NCBI GenBank assembly: GCA_002104945.1
Contig: MCFH01000007.1
Location: 124,001-188,000, forward strand
Source: Piromyces finnis finn
Lineage: Eukaryota > Fungi > Neocallimastigomycota
Direction of reading: 5' to 3'
DNA: 64,000 nucleotides
Part shown: in pieces, positions 18,543 to 32,557 of the stretch
Position numbering within the stretch: the first letter of the stretch is position 1
Layout: each line of letters begins with the position of its first letter
The notes under the pieces: generated by a model
Told to the model about the DNA's origin: nothing
Seen by the model: only the letters and a program-made list of their open reading frames with translations
Database searches by the model: none
Program-made: the position numbers and the translations under genes

Positions 18543-21404
18543 GAGGATAAAAAAATAAATATATATAATATTTATGTATTTATATATTTTCTAATTGAAT
18601 ATGTATATATTTATATATTTTAGAACAAGAAAATTTCAAAAATGATAATATTTCAAAAAAAGTATTTGAACGTGAAATGGAAGAATTAATATTACAACAA
18701 CAACAAAATGAAAAAGATGATATTAATGGTAAAGAAAAAGAAAGTAATGATGAAAAAAAAGGTGATATCAATAGTCATAAAAAAAATGGTAAAAAGGGAA
18801 CAGGAAAGAATGGATTTAAAGGAAATTTTATTAAAAGAAATATTCAGGTAAAAAAAAATATTTATTATTCTTTTAAAATTATAAAAAAGAAAAAAAAATT
18901 TTAAGATTAATAACAAAATATAAGAAAAAAAAATAAAACATTAAAAAATTTTTTTTGAATAAAACAGTTTTTATATATATATATAATTATTTTTTGCCAT
19001 ACTAACCTCTCTCTTTTTTTTTTAATATTTCTTATTTGGATAGTTGGGTGGTGATGCTAGATTTTACTATGCTTTAACAGATGAAGAAAAAATTCGGTTA
19101 GAAGCCATTCTTCAATTACCAGATGAAGAACTAGATACTATTTCAGCATTTAAAACAGGTCAATCAAATCAAGATAACCAAGATTCAGAAAAGCAAGAAT
19201 TAAATGAAAAGAAAAATGAAAATAGTAAAGAAGAGGAAGTTAAAGAAATTTTAGTAGATCCTGTAGATTATATTAAAAATGATGCAAAAAAAACTTTAAA
19301 GAATGGATTTTTACCGTCTGTTGAAGAATTTGATGAATTAAATAAAATTAATGAGTAAAGTTATTAATTATATATAATTTAAATTTAAATTACTATATAT
19401 AAATAATAAATAGGAATTAAAAAAAAAAGAAAGTAAAAAAAATATTAATATAAAAATCAATTAAACTTTATATTAAAACTCTTTTCTATTATTTTAATAA
19501 ATCTCTCTTTTTTTTTTCAATTAATTTTTTCCATATTTCAAATTCTTATAATAATTCAACTTTTTTTTTATTTTTTATATTCTTAGAAAATTAAATAAAT
19601 TAGTTCCTGCTTCAGAATGGAGAAGACGTCGTACTGAATCTAATTTATTTAAAACTTCATTAATTTCAACAACTACTAATAATGAAAAAGATCATGAGGA
19701 TCATTCTCTTATGATGACTTCTGGATTTTGGTCTAGTCAAGATAATTTATTAGAAAATAATGAAATGTCTCAAGTATCCTTATTTTCTAACGCTACAACA
19801 AGTAAATATACAATATAAAAATTAAAAAAAAAAAAGAAAATTATTAAAATTATAAATTGAGAATAAGCCTCACATATATATATATACTTAATACAGTAAT
19901 TTAATATTTTATGTACTAAAATATTGTAATTTTTTTTATCTTTTTTATAATCAAAAGGCTCAGAAAAATCTAAAAGTACTATGGATTCTGTGTATCTTAA
20001 TCGTGAAAAACGCGAACATCGACGTAGAATGAAAGAAATTAACGAACGTCTATCTAAATTACAACAAATGCGATCTTCATTTGAAAGTGAATATAATGTA
20101 TGTAATATAATAATTTTTTAGCAAAAAAAAAATATTTTTTTTATGTAATATGTTTCATTTAAGTAATTATTTATTTTTTTGATATTCAAATAGATTTATG
20201 AAAGTAAAGCAGAAATGCCTCGATATGAAAGTGTATTGGATAAACTTGATATGAAAGGTAACTAATTAAATATAATTTATATATTGTGATATTTTATTTT
20301 ATTTATTAAATTTAATTCAAATATTATTCTTATATGTTATGATTATGATTTTAATTATTTTTTTTTTTTACTATTTCTTCCTTTTTTTTATTATTATTCC
20401 TTTTTTTTTACATATGAATTAGAAATTGAAACCCAAATTGAGATAGCAAATGAAAAACTACTTAGTATGAAATTGGATCCAGAAGAAATTGAAAAAAATA
20501 ATCAATTGATGGTAGAAGCATTCCATTCACCTGAAGGTCAAGATGGAGAAAATGAAAGTATTTTAGATCGCATTGATATTAAAAGTAAGAAATTAAAATA
20601 TACATAATTTTTTTTATTATTGCATATGTAGAATAAATATGAAAATAAATAAAAAAAATAATACTAATAATTTAAATATTATTATTAATATATTATAACA
20701 ATAATCTTTATTTATTTTTTCTTTAATATTTTTCGTGGTTTTTTTTTTCAATAGAAATGGAAAGTGAAATAGTTATGGATCAACAACGTCTTCTTCAAAT
20801 GAAATCAAATTCTTCCATAGATCTAGATCTAGGAAATATTGAATTATTTACAACAGAAGATGCAAATGCAGTAATCTCTATTACAAATAGTAATCTAGAA
20901 AGTGAATCAGATTCAAAAGTTAGTATTAATAATACTAATACTAATAATGATAATGATAATGATAATAATAACGATAATAATAATGATAATAATGATGATG
21001 ATATTAAAAGGAAGCCAGTCATAAACAATCCAACAATAACAACGACTGCAACATCCATAATAGAACCAAATTTAAAGATAATGAAATCATCATTTTCTAA
21101 ATCAACTATATCTTCTCCAACTCTTACTTCCAATACAGAACCTGAAAATTCAAATTCAATTTCTAGTGCTAATATTCCTAATACTTTAAATTCTAAAATA
21201 GTAATTAATACAGAAACTTCAACTACAACCTCTCCTTCAATCACTTCAATTCCTAAAAGAACAAAAAGTGCTTCCACAACCACCATAAAAGCTTCAAATA
21301 TTCCCCTTCCTATTTCTCGTCCTCATTCTTCTCGTCCTATATCTCGAATTTCTCGATTAGATCGAGGATCCATAGAAAATCCTGAAGATAATACAAAAAA
21401 ATAA
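16219..21404 (+). CDS. Large coiled-coil/low-complexity protein, FSIP1 (fibrous sheath-interacting protein 1)-like; multi-exon
   Basis: Spliced segments IEQGLNKIKKLDEILEKK|YEKELKEK, NFIKRNIQ|LGGDARFYYALTDEEKIRLEAIL and YLNREKREHRRRMKEINERL resemble my recollection of the FSIP1 conserved blocks. The start ATG at 16219 (MKPIK|NVRNT...) is inferred from splice signals. Confidence 0.5.
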
Positions 21405-22032
21405 ATCTTCATAACAGTCATAAATTAAAATAATAAAATTCTGAAGGAAAAAAAAAAAATAGATAAAATACAATATACTATTAGATTTTTGTATATATAA
21501 AATAATTTTTTTAATTTTATATAAATATTTACTTTATAATAAAAAGAAATAAAAAATAAAAAGAAATTTAGTGAAATTAAATAAATGAATTAATATCGAG
21601 GGATTAAGTGTTATTACCTTTAAAATTTATTCTTTTATCACCTTTAAAAAAAAAAATAACAGAAAAAATAGCAAGAATAAAACAAAAATTATAAATTAAT
21701 ATATATATTTAATAATAATATAATACATTGATATTTGTATATTAATTCCAAAAAATGATAAAAATTCTATTAAAATTTTCTTTCTAATCTCAACCTCCCA
21801 TTTTTTTTTTTTTTTTTTTTTTTAACACTTGAATTATTATTAAATGAAAATTTGGGGACAAATTTTTTTTTTATTTTAAATACAATTAAAATTATATTTA
21901 AAGTAAAAATTATATAATTTTATTTTATAACTTTTTTAAACTGTAAAAATGCGAAGAAAAAACATTTATATATATGTACAAAAAAAAAATATTAAATTAA
22001 AAGTAAGGTGGTAAATGATGATATGCTTATTC

Positions 22033-23153
22033 CTATTTTCCATTAACTTTTATCCATTGATTACGGGCACCAATAACAGAACTAACTATACCAAATAATG
22101 CAAGAAGTATAGGTTCAATAACAAAGATTCCCAAGGATGAAATAGGTTGTAATAAATCACATGAATGTTGTGTTAGTGTTAAATAATGATTTTTTTGATA
22201 GTAACTAAGATCTTTAAGATCATCATTTTTTCTTTTTTTACTTTCTTTTTCGTCAGAAATATTACATTCGTAAATTTCAGTGATTTTTTCTGAATTTCTT
22301 TTTAACTTATAAATTTCATTAAGAATACCAAATATAATACCAATTAACCAAAATAGTTGAGAATTCACATAAATGATCTTAAAATTTTCGAATTTCATAA
22401 TACCAGATTTATATATCCAAATCATCATATCAAATGTTAAGTAAATGGCATAGGCTAAATTACGAATAATAACACAATATTTAGAGAAATCATCTTTGAG
22501 GTTTAAAGATATATAAAAAGTATTGAGGTGTTCTAACGGTCTTCCAATACGAACAACTATATATTTTATATAATGTGTGTACTCTTAAGATTTAATATTA
22601 TATATATACTATATAATAAAAAACAAATAACTATTTTAGGCTATTTAACTTACATTTACGAGATAGTGTAATATTGGTAATAATTTTTCTAATTAAAATA
22701 ATAGTTTCTTCATTGTTGTTATTATATTTAATGTTATAGGCAAGAAATAATTTAAAGATATATTGTAATGTTCTATAAAAAGTGTAATATTAATACCTTG
22801 TTATTTTATAATATTTTTACTTTCCATATATTAGCATACATACCTATTTATTTTATCACGACCTGTAGTTGTGTGTATATATTTTAAAATCTATTTAATA
22901 AGACAAATTTATAGTATATTTTATAAATAATTACAAATATAATGGTTAATTTCTAAAAGCTAAGAAATAATTATAATAAATATATATTATAGCATTAATT
23001 TAATCAATTATTTTTTTCTTTTTAAATTCTAAAAATATATATTCTTTGAAATTACTATTTAATAATAATATATATATATTTGTAAATATTTATAAATATT
23101 CATAAGTAAATAAATAAAAATATTACTTTTTTAGTTGAACTATTTTCATTCAT
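22033..23153 (-). CDS. PEX11: Peroxin PEX11-family protein; multi-exon, start uncertain
   Basis: Spliced translation ILKYIHTTTGRDKINR|TLQYIFKLFLA...ITLSRK|...VRIGRPLEHL...QLFWLIGIIFG...HSCDLLQPISSLG...LLALFGIVSSVIGARNQW. The GRDK..R.LQY, RK..R.G and G..SS.IG...W blocks are PEX11 hallmarks. Exons 22893-22844, 22773-22653 and ~22558-22033 are well supported; the 5' exon(s) up to 23153 are tentative. Confidence 0.8.
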
Positions 23154-23195
23154 TTTTTTATTTCGTGTATTTTTAATAAAGATAAATATGAATTA

Positions 23196-23318
<123 letters not shown>

Positions 23319-24149
23319 TTAATGTTATTTTTAATTATTAATTTAATATAATTATTTTTAAAAAATAAACTTTATATTAAAATACACAAATATATTTAAT
23401 TATATAAAATTGTTTTTGTTCCAGAAAAAAAAATATTTAATTTAAATAAAAAAAAAAAATAATTATTTGCTGTTTGATCCATATTTTTATATTAATAAAT
23501 TAAAATATATTTTTATATATGGGAATTTTTTTTTATATTTATTTATTATTATTATTTTTTAGTACTTTATGTATTTAAACATAAAAAAAAAAATAAAAAG
23601 CAAATAAAAAAAAATAAGATATTAATATTATGTTTATATAATATATATATATATCAATATTAAATAAAGAAAATATTCTTTTTTTTTTTAATAAAAATTA
23701 ATAAAAACAAAAAAGGAATGAAGAAGCTCTAACTTTTTCCTTTTTCTAAAATAATTATAATTAAGAAAGAAAAAAAAAAAAAAAAGAATAAAAATAAAGT
23801 ATTTTATAATTATAAAATGTAATTTATAATCGTCTTAATAATATAAATATGGAAATAGATATAATTAAACTCAATTATTCATATCCATCTTATATCAATT
23901 TTAAATATAATAATAATAAAATGAAATAAAAAGAAATAAAAGAAAAAAATGCGATTAGTATATTATAATTATTTGTAAAAAATAAATAATATAATATATA
24001 ATATATGAATGTCTAATTATGAATATTGTTATTTGTTAATATAAAAAATTAAGAATGGATGTAATATTATTATTAATGATGAGATAATTAATGTCTTTAG
24101 TTTTTTTTTTTTTTTTTTTTTGTTTGTTTGTTTGTTTGTTTGTTTTTTT

Positions 24150-24185
<36 letters not shown>

Positions 24186-24270
24186 TTTATAATGTTATGT
24201 ATAATGATATAAAAAAATAAAAAAAATTTTTTTTTTATTTTTTATAAATATCTTTTATAAATAATTTATT

Positions 24271-25809
24271 TTAAAAAGTGGAAAGATTTGTATTAGTTAG
24301 AACATTATTTATGGTATCGCCTTCATGAATAAATTTAGAATCATCATGCTCTTCTTTAGGAATTTGAGATTGATATTCAAAAAATCCATTACATTCATCA
24401 AATTTTATTTCCTCAAATGATTTTTCTTCTAATGGTATTGTTGAAATGTCAAACCGACTGAACTCTAATGATGAAAGATTAGGAGCTCTTTCATCATCAT
24501 CACCATCTTCTTCTTCTTCAATATTATTAGACTCTTTGATAGTATTTTCTGTTAAAGTAGTATATTCATTTATATCACAATTACTTTTATTTTTGTATGA
24601 ACGATGATGTATACTAATGGTACGTTCATTTTCATTATTATAATTACTTAAATTTAAATCCAAATTAAAATCTAATTCTCGGCTACTTTTACCACTACTA
24701 TAAATATAATTTGGATGATAATCATCATCTAAGCAGTCATTAAATTCATCCTCCTCTTCATCATCACTAATCTCTATTTCCATAATTTCAAGACTTTTCT
24801 CTTTAGAAAGTTCCAAGGTATTGCAGACATTTATATCTTTTTCTTCATTCACTTGAGCATCTTTCGTACTCTTCCTACCTTCCTCGTTCAAAAATGAATC
24901 TAATGATATACTGAAAGATGGAATATTAAATGAATAATTATTCAAATGAGAAGTATGGGTAGCAGGAGAAATAGAACCAGTACTACTTGAATCTTCAGAA
25001 TCCTCTGGCGTGGGTGATAAAGAAATACCAATAGGAGTTAATAAATTATAATCTGAATTAAACCTTTGAAATTCCTTTGAAAGAAATAAACTCTCTATGG
25101 ATTTCTTTTTAGATAGAGCTCGTATGGCATCTTCTTCTAGTGATGATTTATTAAAATCACTATCTTCATTATTTATACCATTAATTGATGAGATATCAAT
25201 CTTATTGAGAGCATTTAAAACACTATTTTCCTCATCATCACTTTCTTCTTCATCTTGAATAAAATTATCTTCAAGTGGAGAAAGATCAAATTTGCTAAAT
25301 TCAAAAGATAAACGTCTCGATAGATCATTACAAAACTTTAAATCACGGAATGTAGAAAAATCTAAATCACTATTAATTCCTGATATATTCTCATATGTAT
25401 TATCGATAGAATTTGTAATGGTGGAGTTCATTTTGTCTTTTGATGATTTAATAAAAGAGTTCAGACCTTTTTCATTAACTAGAGTTTTACTATTTGTATT
25501 GTTATGACGTAAATTGCTTGAACCATTAATGTTATATAGATAATTGTCTTTAGCAATTCGAGTAGTCGATGACATTTCAGAAGATGAACTACGAATAATG
25601 TCAGTATCAAATGACGACGTTGATTGTATTTCATTGAGATCATTCTTTTGAATAATACTATGACGTTTAACAGCAGCCAACGACCGAAAAGCAGCCATAG
25701 AGTCATGTATTTGAGATTCAATAATATATACCCAATATTCACATTCTTCTTTTGTATCAACTCCGAAAATATAATAATCTTGTATATCTATTGATCACAA
25801 ATAAAGTTT

Positions 25810-25856
<47 letters not shown>

Positions 25857-27759
25857 TATAATGATTTTTAATTAATTAATTTACCTGCTATTACTTTTCC
25901 ATTGACATGTTTTGAATAGAGAACTTTTTGAGTATTATCTGTGATTGCAAAATTTGGAATATTGTTTTTATCAGTTGAACTTTCTGTCGATGCTTTTCTC
26001 ATCATTTCTTGTTCTATTTTAGGTTTGGCACGAATAATAAAATAGTATCGTGTTTTTGAAAAGTTTTTAAATAAATTATTAATAATATATTGAGGATTTG
26101 AAGAAGGAGGATTTGAGTCAGACTCATATTTAGAAACTGTTAAATCGCATAATGGTAATATACCAACAGTTTTTTCCTTATTCTGTAAAAAAAAAAAAAA
26201 AAAAAAAATTTTTAATAAAACTATGAATTATATTGATAAAACGTAAATTTATCGTTTATAAAAATTTTTATTTTTACCTTATTTGCAAAAAAGTACATAC
26301 AACTATTAGCAACAAGACACCATTTTTTCTTCCACTGTTTTTTACCAATGCCGCCTCGTTTATAAAGCCAACCTTCCATATTTGGGTTGGTAAAGGAATA
26401 TGAAATATCATTAAGAATTTTTGTAATAGATTTTGTAGAATCTAATTCAATATCACCTGTTTTTGATTTAATCTCATGTTGACTAATATTATCATAAATA
26501 AACTAAAAAATTAAAAAAAAATAAACATATACGGATATTCAGAATGAATGAATTAATGATATTGATTTCAATTACTATTTTAATAAAATTAATAAAAAAA
26601 AATTACTGATAAATATTCAATTGGTAAGTCTTCACCGTTGTCTATTCCTTTGTTATTCTTAATAAATTCTTCCTTTGTCATTTTTCTTTTTATTCTAGAA
26701 TTATGCAAGTCGGTATTTAATAAGATTATTGAAAAAGCCAGTACATAAGCAGTATCTACAAAATTATAAAATAATAAAAATAATTCATAAAGTAAGTTTC
26801 AAAATTCAGATATATTTTATATAATGTATATTTAAAATAATTATCGTTTAGATTTTTATTCCTCTATACCTGGACATGAAAATACATTTGTATTTTGACT
26901 ACAATAATGATAGGCAAATTTTTGCATCATCCGGTCAATAATTTGACTTTCACCTGGTAAAAAGAATTCTTCCAAAAATATTCTATTTTTATATATATTT
27001 AATAATAGTTTTAATATTAATACAATTTTTATTATTATTTTTATATATTTATTACTATTATTTCTTTTTGAAACTCCAATTTACCTTAGAGCATTGTCAT
27101 ATTGTATTCCTTTGAAATCATGTAATTTTACAAATTCATCAAGAACTTGTACATTAAAATCGTTACTATTTTTGATCGAATAGTAAATAATTTCATTATT
27201 TTTTCAAAAGAAAAAAAAAATAACATAATATTATATATTTTTATTTGTTAATGATATAAGTATTTTATAAATAATGATTAGTTTATTAGTTCATGCTTCA
27301 TCATTATAATTATTTATTAATTAATTATATAAATAATGATTAGTTTATGTCTATGTTATATCACTATAATGATTAAAATTAAATTATGTATTACAAGAGT
27401 AATTATAATTATTTTTAATGACTATTGTTTTAATAGATAATTATTTAAATAATTTAAAATTTTAAAATCTCAAAAGAAGCAGTATTGAATCCACTTACAT
27501 ATCTCCTAAATATAATCCAATATTCTTTTTGTCTAATTGCCAATGTTCATTTATTTTATCATCAGTATTTTGACTTTCTTTATATAGAAATTCCGCTACA
27601 GCTTTTGGTGTTCTTTCCGGAATAATATTCTGTTCTATAAAATAATTAATTCCTTGTTTTGGTCTTAAATTAAATTTTCTTATTCCAGTTATTAATACTT
27701 CATCTTCGATTTTTCTATTATCCATGTAATCTGTTTTTGTATCACTATTAAAAATTATA

Positions 27760-27807
<48 letters not shown>

Positions 27808-28325
27808 GTAAATAAATAAATAAAATAAATAAATAAATTTAAAATATATAACATTATAGCATTTAGATTAAATTCATTTCATATAAATTTATAATTTTAT
27901 CAATATTTATTTATAATATTAAAAAAATGATATTTACCTAACAGTCAATTCATTTTCTTCCATATTATTAGTATTATTGTTGTCAATATAATATTTTTTT
28001 ATACACCCATCATCTTTTAAAGTTAAAAATTTTGATCTTGAAAAATCAAAAAATAAAAAATAATATTTTAATTATAAAATCCATATTTGATAATCATTAT
28101 ATATATAGATTTACTTGAAATTATTCGTAAATTTTGAAAACTTTGAAGGATTTATTAACCTATCATTATAATATAAATAAAATATACAGTAATATTTATA
28201 TTCAGTATAATTAGATATTAATTCATTTAGTTTTTATTAAAAATACAATTTCTTTGTTTTTTATTATATTGTATCAAGGTTCACATATAGATATTTACGA
28301 TCTTCTATTATAAATAATATAAAGA

Positions 28326-28357
<32 letters not shown>

Positions 28358-29091
28358 GCTATGTTATTATCAAATTTATAAACATTTACATATAAATATT
28401 ATTGATAATATATTTATATACCTTGAATAAGAACTAGCGGTCTTGGTTGTATTGCTTTTAAATATTGAAATAAACAATATATGAAGAAAAAATGAATTAA
28501 TTTAATGTATTAAGTTATATTTGCAGTATTATTTTTATTGTCTTTATTGTTTACATTGATCTTGGCTTTGATTTATCTTCTAATTTTTGGTCAAATAATT
28601 TTTCCAGGTTACACTGTTCACTTGCATTATCGTTATCGTTATTAAATTCACTACAAAAATGTCGTTCCTGCTCTTTATCTAATATATGTTCATTATGGAA
28701 ATCATCGTAAGATAGATTCCTTAAATTATACATATTAAAATGATAATATTTAAAATAAGATTTTGATATATATGAGTATTATTTTCAAGTTTTATTATTT
28801 TCTTTTCTATTCAAGTTAACATTTTTATTTGACATATATAAAGAATTTTGATGTTTAAAATATTTACTTTGAAGTAGAAGATATTCTTGGTAAAGTATGA
28901 CTTTTACTATTATACAAAATAAATTTAAATATTGAAATAATACAATTCAATTATATATAGTTATTTAATTGTTAATAATAGTTTTTCTTTTTTTTTGCTT
29001 GTTTGTTTGTTTGTTTTAACGATATCTATCGTCCCTTTAATATTATTTTTATTCTTTGATTTATATACCTTTTTACAAAATGACGTTCCAT
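24271..29091 (-). CDS. Cytohesin/ARNO-like ARF guanine-nucleotide exchange factor (Sec7 + PH) with a long acidic low-complexity C-terminal tail; multi-exon, 5' end uncertain
   Basis: Sec7 motifs: [24 protein letters not shown]|[23 protein letters not shown] (catalytic Glu at 26949-26951), [17 protein letters not shown] and [18 protein letters not shown] motifs: [19 protein letters not shown] and ECEYWVYII. The terminal exon contains the 475-aa ORF 24271..25698. The core 24271-27963 is solid; upstream exons to ~29091 are tentative. Confidence 0.85.
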
Positions 29092-32000
29092 GTATCAAAT
29101 ATATAGCACTATATTTTATTTTGCTTTTTATTGGTTTGTAATACTAAGAATAAAAAAACACTAATAAAAATAATGTGTAATAGAATATGTTGTATGTTGT
29201 ATATAAAAGATGATATATATAAAATTATATAAATAAAATTATTTATACAATTCTATATATTATTTTCAAAATTGCTTGTTATTACGTTGAATAACTTTTT
29301 TTTTTTTTAAATTATGATTGGTATATTTATTATTTTAAATAGAATGTTTATTTTTTATTTTGAAAAAACTGTTGATAGCAAATTATTATAATAAAAGTCA
29401 CTTTTGATATTGATAAAAATTAATTATTTTTATTGTCATTATAAAAATTTTGTATAATATTTTATAAAATATTATATTTCTTTTAGAGTCTTCATAGTAA
29501 TTATTAAATGTGCCTTTTTCTATATTTTCTGTTAAATTTGCACACTTTTGATAATAATTAAAATTGTTTTGTAAAAGTATTATAAAATTCCAATAATATG
29601 AATGATATTTTTTTTCCTTTCCTTTTATTTTTCTAAAATACTTGGTATCAATATAAAAAAACTCATAGGATACAAATATATTTTTTTATTACACTATTAA
29701 TATACCAATAACATTATAAATATATTATCAAATATTAAAGTATTGATTATGTAACTCTTTCTATAGTGTTTTATACATATATATGTGTGTGTGTATTTGC
29801 TCTTGGTTTTGTTTTTAGTTTAATATAGTTTTTATTTACGTTGTCTAGCAATTATTAATAATTTGTTTTAATAAATAAACAAATAAATATTAAATTGTTT
29901 TCCAAAGTGGAATGTAATATAATAATTACTATTGAAATTATTATTTTTTTTCTAGTTCAAATAATGTGAAAATCTTTCTACCAAATAATATAAAAATATT
30001 ATACAACGATGTTGTTGTTGATTTTGAATATACTATTTATATTGTTTGGTTTTTTTATTTTGTTTTTGTTTTTGTTTTTTGTCTTTTCCTTTTGTGTAAT
30101 AAGTAATAAATGGTTATTTATTTAAATTTATAAATGGTAAATGATAACATATATAATAGTTTATAAATTATTATTGAATTTCAATTATGTTTTCTATTTT
30201 TTTAATATTATTTTATCAAGATGACATCACAATTTAGATTTATGAATAGTTAATTTAATACAAAATGAATAATATTAATAATATAAAAATAAAAATAAAA
30301 TAAAATATAAAAGAGGAAGAATAATTATAATAATAAAAATGAAAAAAAAAAATAGTAAATTAGAATTCTATAAAATAGAATAAAATAAAAAGCTTATTTC
30401 TTATTAAATTTTAATTTTTAATTATTAAAATTTTCAAGTTAATTATAATAAAAATTATTTTAGATTTTTGGTAAATTTGAAATTCAAATGATTAAAAAAA
30501 GAAGAAAATAAAAATAAATTCAATTCATAAAATATATTTATTTTATTGTTAATATATAGGAAACAATAATAAACAATTGAATAATATATATATTATTTTT
30601 AATAGAGTATAGAAAAAGAGTTATAGTATATATATATTATCTACCATAATGATAATGATGGTAACATTTTCAATTAATTTATTATAGTTTATTTGTATTA
30701 TATATCATACATTTATTTGATTTATATTCATAATATTACATTTATTTGATTTATATTCATATTTATATCTATTCTTATTTAAAAATAATAGAAATGTAAA
30801 TCTAAATTTACATCGGTTACAAAAAATAATTATCTATAGTATATTAGAATTTATTGTAATATATATTATTATATATTACAATATTAATTGATTTTTAAAT
30901 TATATCCCAAATACAATTTTTAAAAAATATAAAAGTTTAATTTATATTAAATTTAATATACAATTGGAACAAATAATAAAAAAATGAAATTCATTTAATT
31001 ATCTAATTCATTGTAATATATATAGATGTATATATAAATATATATAATCCATTGAATTTAAACTTTATAAAATCAGAAAAAAAAATCTTTTAGGACAAAC
31101 ATAACTAACATAGAAGAAAATAAGGCAAAAAAAAAAAAGTAACTTTCAAATTAAAAAAGGTATAAAAGTTTTTATTATTTTTTCATAATTTTACTATTTT
31201 AATGAATTATTCGTCCTATTTATTTTACTTTTTCTTTTTTTCAAATATTTTTTTCTTTACATAAAACCTATTAGCTTTTTATGGAAAGAATTAAAAATCC
31301 ATTCAAACTAATTTATATGAATATATTAAAAATTCTATATATATTACAATATATTTTAATATTTTAATATATCTTAATTTATTAAAATCTTAATTTCAAC
31401 TATAGAAAAAACATGTTTTTTTTTAAAAAAATAAAAAGATGCAGTAAAGATCATACACAAAAAATAATAGCAATGGTTAAAATATAAAAATATGGAATTA
31501 ATAACAACTTTGACTTTGATAATGAAGCAGGTCAGTTTATTGAACATTCATTTTTTTATTTTTTTTCAATGGAATATAATCTTTCCAATAGTTTGATCTT
31601 TGCTATAATTAAAAAGCAATCCTTTTAAAAGCATTGCCATTTTATTATAAATTAAAATTTAATATTAATTTTTTTTACATGTAACATTAAGTCTATAAAT
31701 ATAAATGAATGAATGAATATATAATAAAATAAATAAATTTATTATTAATTAATTAATTTTTTAATTAAAAAATATTTTAAGTTTTAATTTTAAAAAATAA
31801 AAAAAATAAAAAAGTTGAATAATGCTCACTTTCAAATATAAAATTTTATAAAAATAAAACTAGAAATTCATATGAAATTTGAACTTGAATGAAATCTTTA
31901 CTATTTATGCTAATGAAAAGATAATTTCCATTTTTACTATCCATTAAATAAAAGAGCTATTTTTATTTTAATTATGAATTATTTTAAATAAAAAAAAAAA

Positions 32001-32175
32001 TTAATATTTGGAATGATCCAGCCTCACTAAATTTAAATTAAATTTTATGAATAAAAGAATATTTAATGTGGCTGATGATAATATATAACAAATAGAGAAT
32101 ATTTGTATTTTTATTATAATAAGCCACATTTAATTTGTTATTTTTAAAAAAAAATAAAATTATCTTTCTTCTTTG

Positions 32176-32557
32176 TCTGGTTCGACACGCCGTATATACC
32201 TTACATATCCATAGAGATTTTATCCATTAGTTTTGCCCATGGATTAGGGTATATACACAAGAGGTATTGTTTGCTTCATCCAATAGAGAAATTTATAATT
32301 TCATATACCATCCCATTTGTAGTCACCTGAGACTGAGAGGGTTGATATCATTTCTAATATCTGCGGGAGGATGAGGATGCTCTAAATAGTATACAGTCCA
32401 GTTCACAAAGGAGGAACTGTTAAGGACTCGTCCCTGCTAGGCTACTCCCGTCTTAGGATATTGTGAGTGCCGACGTCGAAATTGGTATGGCAAAAGAACA
32501 CAAAGTTGTATTCTGTACATTATCATGTGAAAACACATGACAAAAATCTAAAAAAAA
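32176..32557 (+). mobile_element. Candidate SINE-like or retroposed non-coding insert with a 14-bp target-site duplication
   Basis: 382 bp at about 38% GC (146 G+C counted) in very AT-rich flanks. Flanked by the exact direct repeat atctttcttctttg (32162-32175 and 32558-32571). Ends in hairpin tcatgtg-aaaa-cacatga (32523-32540) followed by an A-rich tail. All six frames contain stops. Orientation is inferred from the A-tail. Confidence 0.6.

Noticed and set aside
32200-32330. Gypsy integrase-like words on the minus strand (YKW.GM..EI.NF; PW...KISMD)
   Set aside because: This needs frameshifts and several stops, the HHCC spacing is incomplete, and a 14-bp TSD does not fit an LTR element. It is kept only as an alternative to be tested by TBLASTX.
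32342-32375. U3 snoRNA-like words (atcatttcta resembling box A; gaggatga resembling box C')
   Set aside because: The spacing of about 12 nt is far too short, and there is no box A', B, C or D arrangement.
32326-32419. Group I intron-like core: ga-gactg (32329-32335) pairing with cagtc-c (32394-32399) as P7 with a bulged A, followed by a P9-like hairpin ending in G
   Set aside because: The near-invariant flanking residues do not fit: A before P7, AAG in J8/7 and A in J7/3 are all missing. No convincing P3/P4/P6 could be placed upstream, and there is no host exon context. A cmscan with the Intron_gpI model would settle it.
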